Of a stretch of 64,000 nucleotides of DNA, positions 26,755-34,118 are shown piece by piece (within the stretch, counting starts at the first letter, position 1; each line of letters starts with the position of its first letter). The notes below the pieces were generated by a model, which saw only the letters and a program-made list of their open reading frames with translations, was not told the origin of the DNA and made no database searches. Both the position numbers and the translations under genes were made by a program. The stretch covers positions 104,451 to 168,450 of the forward strand of contig CAWGGM010000009.1 in assembly GCA_963822115.1 (NCBI GenBank), in the 5' to 3' direction. This DNA is from an uncultured Pseudomonadota bacterium (GTDB lineage Bacteria; Myxococcota_A; Polyangia; Polyangiales; Polyangiaceae).

Positions 26755-27942
26755 CTAGCGCAAATCCGGCTCCGCGCCCCCTGCCTCCGCGCTTTCTGCG
26801 ATGCACTCTCCGGCGCGCCACAGCAGGACTGCGGAGGACGCGCCGGCCCTGGCCAGCGCGTCGTCGAGCGCCGTACCGAGGTCCGGGGCTGGCTCGGCGT
26901 AGGTCTGCGCGGCCACGCTGGCCGGCAGCTCGCTCACCAGGACAACCCGGTGGCCAGGCGGCAGCTGCCGCGACACCCCGAGCTTGTAGATCCCCTCGTT
27001 CACGCGCTCGAGTGGACCTGTTCCCTGGTCGCACTCGGCGACCATGATGACGGTCCCCCCGTCCTGTAGCAGGGCGCCCGCCGGCGGCAGCATCTTGGAC
27101 GCCTGGTACAGCGAAGAGGTGATGGGAGGACGATCCGCCACGACGACGACAGGCGAGCGCGGCGCACTCACCACGAACAGCTCGCGCGCCTGGGCCGTCA
27201 GCGCGCGGTGCGCGAGGACAGGATCGCCCGCGGCCGCAGCGACCGGGTTGCCGTCGCAATCATCGAGCACGTCCAGGATGCACAGCCGCCCTGGCAGCAT
27301 GCCCGCGGCATCTTCCATGTCGCGCCGGCAGCGGTTTTCGTCCACACGCCCCAGCCGCGAGCTCGAGTCGGCCTTGAGCAGGTGGTTGTCGAGGATGTCG
27401 CGCTGGAAGCCGCAACCCGGGAACACACTCTTCACGCCACCGGAGTAGCCGGCGAAGTAGTGCGGACGGATGCGCCCGGTCGCAATGACGAGGTCCGCGC
27501 GGCACACCTCGGAGAGCAGTCTCACGCGCGTGCCCTCGCGCGTCGTCCCGAGCTCGGTCATGCGATCGGCACGCGTCGCGTCGTGCACCACGCAGGGCAG
27601 ATCACGGAAGGCGGGTGGGACCACGCTGTCGTCAGCGCGGTGCGTGCCGGCAGCGACGACAAGCGTCGCGCGGTCGCGGGGAATGTGCTCGAAGATCGCC
27701 TCCAGCATCTCGGCGCGCGGCTCGTCGCGGGAAGCGTCGCTGATAGCTATCGCGATGCTGCGCGCGCCATCGGCCAATTCACCGAGCGGCGGAGCCCCGA
27801 TCGGATGCGAGAGTGCTTCGCGACACAACCGGGCCCGCGACCTGGGCGGCCCACTGACAGCGCGTGGCGCGTAGCGCCGGAGACGCGCGGGCTCGATCGC
27901 CTCGAAAGACCGCTCCGCAAAACTCGACGCCGTGCCGTCCAT
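26755..27942 (-). CDS. LarA-like (lactate racemase / DUF2088 family) nickel-pincer-cofactor-dependent racemase/epimerase homolog
   Basis: AAGTHR, then RPHYFAGYSGGVKSVFPGCGFQRDILDNH. The H-x9-K-x15-H spacing matches my recollection of His174/Lys184/His200 of L. plantarum LarA, and GTHR matches His108. Confidence 0.75.
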   Translation of the reverse strand: MDGTASSFAERSFEAIEPARLRRYAPRAVSGPPRSRARLCREALSHPIGAPPLGELADGARSIAIAISDASRDEPRAEMLEAIFEHIPRDRATLVVAAGTHRADDSVVPPAFRDLPCVVHDATRADRMTELGTTREGTRVRLLSEVCRADLVIATGRIRPHYFAGYSGGVKSVFPGCGFQRDILDNHLLKADSSSRLGRVDENRCRRDMEDAAGMLPGRLCILDVLDDCDGNPVAAAAGDPVLAHRALTAQARELFVVSAPRSPVVVVADRPPITSSLYQASKMLPPAGALLQDGGTVIMVAECDQGTGPLERVNEGIYKLGVSRQLPPGHRVVLVSELPASVAAQTYAEPAPDLGTALDDALARAGASSAVLLWRAGECIAESAEAGGAEPDLR

Positions 27943-27972
27943 ACGCCTATCGCGCGGCGAGGCGCGCGCGGA

Positions 27973-28227
27973 TCAGCTCTGTCCGATGCGGTGCCCGGCG
28001 AGCGCGAGCAGCGCGGTGAGCGCGATCTCGATTTCCTCTTCGCTCGGCGGCGTGGCGCGGCGCTGGATCCTCACCTTCAGCGCGCGCAGCTCGGCGCCGA
28101 AGTACCGATAGCGTGCGCGTTCACCTTCGTTCGGCTCCTCGAGCACCCAGCGGGCCACGATCGAACGGAGATCGTCGACCTCGAGATCCATCAGCGGGGC
28201 AAGCGTACGCGCGAGTGGATGCAGCAT
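27973..28227 (-). CDS. Small hypothetical protein (84 aa)
   Basis: From the ATG at 28227: MLHPLARTLAPLMDLEVDDLRSIVARWVLEEPNEGERARYRYFGAEL... The composition is helical and coding-like. The longer 135-aa version has an implausible N-terminus. No family recognised. Confidence 0.3.
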   Translation of the reverse strand: MLHPLARTLAPLMDLEVDDLRSIVARWVLEEPNEGERARYRYFGAELRALKVRIQRRATPPSEEEIEIALTALLALAGHRIGQS

Positions 28228-28394
28228 GTATCGAAATAGCAGGAAGGAACTGCGCGTCCCCCCTCGGGAGCGGGCCGACCAGGATAGCCGAGCCACTGAA
28301 TATCTACATCCATGGCTCTTCCGGAGCAACAAGCTGACAACCGACAAAGTGCGCAGCGCTTGCGCGTTGGCGGCTGACAAGCCAGTCTCCCGCC

Positions 28395-29579
28395 GTGTCT
28401 GCTGTCAGCCGCAGCATCACCATCTTGTTCGCCATCGTAGTGCTTGATGGCTGTCACGGTGGTTCGAATCATGGCGCCGCCGCTGGCGCTGCATCTTCAC
28501 CTGCGGCGTCCGGCTCGCCTTCCGCACGGCATCCGAAACAGGCGCCGCTGGCGGGCGAGCAGATCGAGATCCGCGGCGGCGCTTTCAAGGCGGGAAGCGT
28601 GCCCGGGACCGAAGGGCGCCGCCCCCAGATCGAGCCGCGGCTGTACGAAGTCGAGCTGGGGCCCTACCAGATGGATCGGCTGCCCTACCCGAACGATCCG
28701 TCGAAACCACCGCTGACCGGCGTAACCCGCAAAGAAGCGCGTCGTCTGTGCGCCGAGCGCGGAGCACGACTCTGCACGGAGCTCGAGTGGGAACGCGCAT
28801 GCAAGGGTCCGGAAAGCGAAGACTACTCGAGCGGCAAGCTCTGGGACCCGCGTTGTGCGAAGGAGCCGCGCAGCTGTGCCTCCGGCTTCGATGTGCTGGC
28901 GATGGGAGCCGCGCTGCGCGAGTGGACGGCCAGCGATGTCATCCCGACAGAGAAGGACGGCGCGAGCGGCGCAGCGGTGCGCGGTGCGGACGCCTCCGCG
29001 CCAGGTCCGGAGCATCGTTGCGCCTCACGTCACGCGGTCGACCCCGAAAAGAGCAGCGCGGACCTGGGTTTCCGTTGCTGCAAGGGAGCCCCGAACGCCG
29101 CGGTCGTCAAGGAACCCAAGCTCGGCGACATCTTCAAGAAGACGCACCTGAGCGCCGACCGCCTCGAGAAGCTCCTGGCTTCCGATCCGCACACGGCCTG
29201 GATCGCAAAGAACGTGCAGTTCTTCCGCGAGCCCGACGCGGCCCACACGGTCGTGGCGCGCGGCCCGGGCGACACGATGGGGTTCGACTTCACCGTGCTG
29301 CCGCTGCTCTGGCACCCCGTGCCCGGTGCGGAGTATCTGCTGGTCGCCGCCCGCTCGGGCAAGGACACGTCGTTCGTGGTCGCCTACTACGTGCTCGGCA
29401 AGGACCGCTACAAGCTCGCCTCGAGTTTCATCATGAAGGACGAGCCGGGCCCGGTTGCGCTGGCGTACAGCGACTCGATCCGCCCCCGCGCACACTTCAG
29501 CACGTGTTGGGATTGTCCGGGCGAGACCGGGAAGATCCTGTATCGCGATCCCGACAGCGTCGTGATTCTGCAGCCCTGA
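28395..29579 (+). CDS. Lipoprotein with a formylglycine-generating-enzyme (SUMF1/FGE)-like domain
   Basis: GTG start. Signal/lipobox ILFAIVVLDGC. FGE-like blocks YEVELGPYQMDRLPYPN, PLTGVTRKEARRLCAERGARLCTELEWERACKG, REWTAS and GFRCCKG. The C-terminal ~170 aa are of unknown type. Confidence 0.75.
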   Translation: MSAVSRSITILFAIVVLDGCHGGSNHGAAAGAASSPAASGSPSARHPKQAPLAGEQIEIRGGAFKAGSVPGTEGRRPQIEPRLYEVELGPYQMDRLPYPNDPSKPPLTGVTRKEARRLCAERGARLCTELEWERACKGPESEDYSSGKLWDPRCAKEPRSCASGFDVLAMGAALREWTASDVIPTEKDGASGAAVRGADASAPGPEHRCASRHAVDPEKSSADLGFRCCKGAPNAAVVKEPKLGDIFKKTHLSADRLEKLLASDPHTAWIAKNVQFFREPDAAHTVVARGPGDTMGFDFTVLPLLWHPVPGAEYLLVAARSGKDTSFVVAYYVLGKDRYKLASSFIMKDEPGPVALAYSDSIRPRAHFSTCWDCPGETGKILYRDPDSVVILQP

Positions 29580-29586
29580 CCAGGCT

Positions 29587-30309
29587 TCACGCGATGTCGA
29601 GCGACAGCTCGAAGCCGTTGCCCCCGGCTTCCGGCGCCACCCACGACACCCGCGCGCCCGCGGCATCCGCGGCGAGCTTTGCGGCATAGAGCCCCAGCCC
29701 ACGGCCGTAGCGACCGCCGCCGATCCCCTTCGACACGAGCTGCCCGCTCGCACTGAAAGCGGACTCGCGCACCTCCTCGGCGAGTGGCGTACCGGCATCC
29801 GCAACAAGAACGATTGCACGCCCGTCGCTTTCGCGCGCGGAGACCCGGATAGGCGCGTCTCCCGGGCTGTGCTGGATCGCGTTGTGGAGCAGATTGTCGA
29901 GGGCACGCGACAGCATGCCGCGGTGTGCCACCACGCGCGTGGCGAGCGACGACACCCGAGGATCAAGCGCAAGTGCGACCTCGTGGCTCACCGCGGCCCC
30001 TTCCGCGCGCTTCACTGCATCGACCACGAGAGGAGCCAGAGCGAGGGGCCCCAAGGCCAGCGGCTGGCCGCCGCACAGCGCGTGGCCCAGAAGCTCGAGG
30101 TTGGAAATGATGTGCAACAAGCCGTCACACGAGACCCGCGTGTCGGCGAGAGCCTCGCGTGCGTCCTCGTCCACGTCCTGGAACACCGAGGCCAGAAAGG
30201 TGACGTTGCTGTGCAGCGCCGACAGCGGATTCCTCAGATCATGAACGATCATGCCGAGAAGCTCAGCGGTCAGCTGCGGGTCGAATTGATCGTCGTTCGA
30301 GGCGCTCAT
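29587..30309 (-). CDS. Soluble histidine kinase core (HisKA + HATPase_c)
   Basis: H-box MIVHDLRNPLSAL, N-box LDNLLHNAIQHS, G-boxes VADAGTPL and GRGLGLYAAK. No TM or sensor domain. Confidence 0.8.
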   Translation of the reverse strand: MSASNDDQFDPQLTAELLGMIVHDLRNPLSALHSNVTFLASVFQDVDEDAREALADTRVSCDGLLHIISNLELLGHALCGGQPLALGPLALAPLVVDAVKRAEGAAVSHEVALALDPRVSSLATRVVAHRGMLSRALDNLLHNAIQHSPGDAPIRVSARESDGRAIVLVADAGTPLAEEVRESAFSASGQLVSKGIGGGRYGRGLGLYAAKLAADAAGARVSWVAPEAGGNGFELSLDIA

Positions 30310-30357
30310 GGCTAGTCCAGGAAGCGTTACGCCCGTGCATTTCCTGCAGACAGGCTA

Positions 30358-31278
30358 TCAGCCAATGCCGTGGACCTGGAGGAATTTCTCGATACGCATG
30401 GCCACGAGCTCGTGATGCTCCAACGGAGCAACGTGCGTCCCCCCCGGTATCATCACCAGCTCGCCCGCCGGAATGGCTTCCGCCATGCTCTCGGAGAGAC
30501 CGGGGGGTGTGAACGAGTCGTGATCGCCGGCTACGACGAGCACGGGCACGTCGATGCGCGGCAGCAGGTCTTCCGCGGTGTGCTCGCCGGCGCGGGTCAG
30601 CATGCGGAGGAACATCATGAAGTCCACGTCCGCGACGTGACGGAAGTACGGCTCCACGTCCGCCGGGTCGATGGTTCGGGGGTCGATGTCCCCGGTCAAC
30701 AGGGCAAGCTTGAGCGCGACGCGCGGCGGCACGCGGGACCAGAGCGCGCGGGCTACCCTGGGATGCTCACCGACCAGCTCCGTCAAGCGCGGCAGTACCG
30801 CGGCCAGCAGGTCGGTGCCCTTGAACGTGTGCGTCACCCGCCCGAAGCTGCCGCACAGGAACACCATGGCCCGGATGCGCTCGGGCCTGAGGCGGTACGC
30901 CTCGAGAGCCACCTGGGTGCCGAACGAGTGCCCGATCAGTACGACGGGGGGATCGCCCAGATGGCGGCGGACCGCGTCCAGGTCGGCAGCGTGATCCTCC
31001 ACACCGATGCGCTCGTCGTCAGCCGGGCGAGCACTCCTGCCGTGGCCGCGGTAGTTCCAGTGCCCGACCGAGAGCGAGCGGCCCAGGTCATCCCACAAGT
31101 ACTTGTAGATGAACCCGTCGCACACGATCCCGTCGCACAGGATCGCTGTGGTCTCGCTCGGCCCCGCGCGATGGCGCACGTAGAGCCGCGTGCCGTCGGG
31201 TCCGAGAGCGAAAGATTCCTCGACAGGCGGTTCAGCCGCTGTTCGAGTCCTCTTCCTCGTCGCCGATGTCGTTGACAC
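30358..31278 (-). CDS. Alpha/beta-fold hydrolase
   Basis: Nucleophile elbow LIGHSFGT, an HG-type oxyanion region (NYRGHGRS), and C-terminal VVAGDHDSFTP ... GGTHVAPLEH (Asp/His of the triad). The GTG start at 31278 is the only start codon available, and it overlaps the upstream ORF by 47 nt. Confidence 0.85.
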   Translation of the reverse strand: MSTTSATRKRTRTAAEPPVEESFALGPDGTRLYVRHRAGPSETTAILCDGIVCDGFIYKYLWDDLGRSLSVGHWNYRGHGRSARPADDERIGVEDHAADLDAVRRHLGDPPVVLIGHSFGTQVALEAYRLRPERIRAMVFLCGSFGRVTHTFKGTDLLAAVLPRLTELVGEHPRVARALWSRVPPRVALKLALLTGDIDPRTIDPADVEPYFRHVADVDFMMFLRMLTRAGEHTAEDLLPRIDVPVLVVAGDHDSFTPPGLSESMAEAIPAGELVMIPGGTHVAPLEHHELVAMRIEKFLQVHGIG

Positions 31279-31459
31279 TCGGGATCTTCTTGATCTCGAG
31301 GCGGGCCATCTTCCATGCGCGCTGCACGATCCAGGATAGAGAGCGGTCTAGCCGCGCTGCCTCATCCTTGATTTCCTGCAGCATGGCCTCGGGGAAGTAG
31401 AGGCTCTGTTTGCGCTTGTCGCTGCCCGTCTTGTTGCTCGATTCTTTGTCGTCGGCCAC
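31232..31459 (-). CDS. Small ribbon-helix-helix-like protein
   Basis: KRKQSLYFPEAMLQEIKDEAARLDRSLSWIVQRAWKMARLE has the beta-strand/helix/helix pattern of CopG/Arc-type RHH proteins. The GTG at 31459 (VADDKESS...) is preferred over the extended ORF start at 31525. Confidence 0.5.
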   Translation of the reverse strand: MADDKESSNKTGSDKRKQSLYFPEAMLQEIKDEAARLDRSLSWIVQRAWKMARLEIKKIPSVNDIGDEEEDSNSG

Positions 31460-31630
31460 AGCCGGACCTCGCCACGGTGTAGGCGGGTGTCGCCAGACAC
31501 CGCGCCTTTCGTTACTACCACCCACAGCGCTCGGAAATCAATCGGGTTGTCTTGTGACCGGCCGGAGGGCCGCTCGCGACCGCGTCCGGGGAAAAATCCC
31601 CGGTCCCTCGCGCCAGGCTATACCTCGGGC

Positions 31631-32989
31631 ATGGGTCCCCGAATCAAAGCGCTGCTCCGGCCTCTGCTGCTGGCCGCCGTTGCCTTCGCCGGCGGGGCTT
31701 TCGCGACGAATCTGGCCGTGGCGCGGAGCGGGGCGGACAGCCCGTACGACATGCTCCGGCAGCTGTCGCGGGTGCTGGTGCTGATCGAGAACGACTACGT
31801 CGAACCCGTGGATCGACGGCGGCTCGTCGAAGGCGCCATCAAGGGCATGGTGGCCGAGCTCGACCCGCACTCGGACTACATGCCGCCGCGGGACTACAAG
31901 ATCTTCGAGTCCGACACGGAGGGTCACTTCGGTGGCGTTGGCGTCGAGGTCGACTTCCAGGACGACCACGTCACGGTCATCGCACCGATCGAGGGTTCGC
32001 CCGCATACCGCGCCGGGATCAAGTCGGGCGATCGAATCGTCGCCATCGACAACCAGAGCGTGGCCGGCAAGAGCCCCGATCAACTGGTGCGCGTCATGCG
32101 CGGGCGACCGGGCACCAAGGTGATCGTCACGATCCGACGAAAGGGCACGGACAAGCCGCTGTACTTCACGCTGACGCGCGAGATCATCCACGTGTCCAGC
32201 GTGGCGGACAAGCTGCTCGACGGAAACATCGCCTACATCCGCATCAAGCAGTTCCAGGAGGGGACGCACGACGAGCTTCTCAAGGCGATTGCCAAGCTCC
32301 AGAACGAAGCGCACGGCGACATTGCCGGCGTGGTGCTCGACCTGCGCAACAATCCCGGCGGGCTGGTGAACGAAGCCAGTGCCGTTGCCGACGAGTTCCT
32401 GTCCAGCGGCGTCATCTACACCACCCGGCACCGCGGCAAGATCGTGGACGAGGTGCGCGCCAGCGACACCGGTGCACTGAGACGCGGACCGCTCGTGGTG
32501 CTCGTCAACGAGTACAGTGCCAGCGCCGCGGAGCTGGTGGCGGGCGCGCTCCAGGATCAGCACCGCGGCACGCTGGTCGGCGCGCGGACTTTCGGCAAGG
32601 GCTCCGTGCAGACCATTTTGGACCTGCCCGGCGGCGCGGGGCTCCGGCTGACGACGATGCGCTACTACACGCCGAGCGGCCGCTCGATCCAGGCCCAGGG
32701 CATCGTACCGAACGTGAAGGTCGCGGCGGCTCGCCTGCCCGACAAGAGCTTCGGTGTCATCCGCGAAAGCGATCTCGAACATCACCTGCCCGCACAGGGG
32801 CCGCCTGGCGCCGCGACCAGCGGCGACGCTGGCGCGCCGGCGAGCTCGCCCGACGCAGGCTCCGTCCAGAAGGAACACACGCACCTCGGCGTGGCGCGCG
32901 AAATTCCTTCGAATCCCAGCGGCGGCGCGGATCTGGCGCTGAGCATCGGCTACCAGATCGTACGCGGCGTGCTCATCAAGCCGCACTAG
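31631..32989 (+). CDS. ctpA: Carboxy-terminal processing peptidase (S41 family, Ctp/Prc)
   Basis: ATG at 31631 (MGPRIKALLRPLLLAAVAFAGG signal/anchor). PDZ (GSPAYRAGIKSGDRIVAID). S41 blocks VLDLRNNPGGL, NEYSASAAELVAGALQD and TFGKGSVQ. Confidence 0.9.
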   Translation: MGPRIKALLRPLLLAAVAFAGGAFATNLAVARSGADSPYDMLRQLSRVLVLIENDYVEPVDRRRLVEGAIKGMVAELDPHSDYMPPRDYKIFESDTEGHFGGVGVEVDFQDDHVTVIAPIEGSPAYRAGIKSGDRIVAIDNQSVAGKSPDQLVRVMRGRPGTKVIVTIRRKGTDKPLYFTLTREIIHVSSVADKLLDGNIAYIRIKQFQEGTHDELLKAIAKLQNEAHGDIAGVVLDLRNNPGGLVNEASAVADEFLSSGVIYTTRHRGKIVDEVRASDTGALRRGPLVVLVNEYSASAAELVAGALQDQHRGTLVGARTFGKGSVQTILDLPGGAGLRLTTMRYYTPSGRSIQAQGIVPNVKVAAARLPDKSFGVIRESDLEHHLPAQGPPGAATSGDAGAPASSPDAGSVQKEHTHLGVAREIPSNPSGGADLALSIGYQIVRGVLIKPH

Positions 32990-33105
32990 AACGCAGTCAA
33001 CCCGCACCGCACTCGCCGGCGTTTGCCAGAGCCGGCGCGCGACGATAGGTTGTCACCTACTGGACGGCGCGCTGCCCGGAACGAGGCTGTGTCGTCCGTG
33101 GATCC

Positions 33106-34098
33106 ATGCAGTTCGATCGGGTACTCAAGCGGCGGTTCTGGCTTCTGGTGCTGGGGCTGGTGGCGGTGATGGCCTATTTCCAGGCCGATGGCATCACCGC
33201 GCTGGTGGGCAGTGCGCTCGGCGCCAGCCAGAAGAAACTGCTCGGCGCCGCCTCCATGCGGACGCCGCCGGGGCCCGTCGCCGCGGCCTCGCTCCACGAC
33301 AAGAACGCCCAACCGATCCTGAAGCGCAATCCGTTCGACTCCGTGACCGGCTCGCTCATCGAGCAGGACACACCCGATGCGGGCCCGGCCGAGCCGACCC
33401 CGCCCGTCGATCCGCTGTCCGCACCTCGATGTGACGGCGTGGTGGTGCATGGCACCACGGTCTCGGAAAACCCCATGTGGTCGATGGCGATGGTGCAGGG
33501 ACCGGGCGACAAGCAGGGCAAGCTGCGTCGCGTCGGCGATGCCGTCGCCCAGAAGACCATCGCGTACATCGGCTACAACCCGGCGAAGCACAGTCCATCC
33601 GTCTGGCTCACCAACGACGGACAGCTGTGCCAGAGCATCCTTTTCTCGAAGGAGAAGCCCCGGCACGCGCGCCCCAGGCGCCAGGCGCACGCGAAGAAGA
33701 AGCCAAGAGGACGCCGGCGCGGGCGCGGGCCTCCTCCGCTACCGAAGAAGATCGCCCGGAAGATCCAGAAGGTCGGGCCCAACGACTACAACGTCGACCG
33801 CAGCGCTATCGACATGATCCTCGAGCAACATGCCCAGCTGATGCATTCGGTGCGCGTCTCGCCCGATCAGAAGAACGGGCACGTCGCGGGCATCCGCGTG
33901 CTCAACATCCGTCCCGACACGCTGCTCGGCAAGCTCGGGTTCAAAAACGGCGACCGAATCGATTCGATCAACGGCTTTTCGCTCTCCAGCCCCGAGAAGG
34001 CACTGCAGGCCTACGCGCGCCTGCGCACCGCGCCGAACATCAACGTCCGCATCCGGCGCCGCGGCAAAGCGCAGGCCATCCACTTCCACGTGAAGTAG
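33106..34098 (+). CDS. GspC-like protein (N-terminal TM, linker, basic region, C-terminal PDZ), without other T2SS genes nearby
   Basis: TM helix FWLLVLGLVAVMAYF, RNPFDS motif, and C-terminal PDZ-like VAGIRVLNIRPDTLLGKLGFKNGDRIDSINGFSLSSPEKALQAY. This is the architecture I associate with type II secretion protein C. Confidence 0.6.
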   Translation: MQFDRVLKRRFWLLVLGLVAVMAYFQADGITALVGSALGASQKKLLGAASMRTPPGPVAAASLHDKNAQPILKRNPFDSVTGSLIEQDTPDAGPAEPTPPVDPLSAPRCDGVVVHGTTVSENPMWSMAMVQGPGDKQGKLRRVGDAVAQKTIAYIGYNPAKHSPSVWLTNDGQLCQSILFSKEKPRHARPRRQAHAKKKPRGRRRGRGPPPLPKKIARKIQKVGPNDYNVDRSAIDMILEQHAQLMHSVRVSPDQKNGHVAGIRVLNIRPDTLLGKLGFKNGDRIDSINGFSLSSPEKALQAYARLRTAPNINVRIRRRGKAQAIHFHVK

Positions 34099-34118
34099 CG
34101 CCGCCCGGGCGCGCCGTG

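Noticed and set aside
28455-28480. tRNA-like T-loop string GGTTCGAATC
   Set aside because: The flanking bases cannot form a T-stem (TGG/CAT do not pair) or an acceptor stem. The string lies inside a well-supported lipoprotein CDS (28395-29579).
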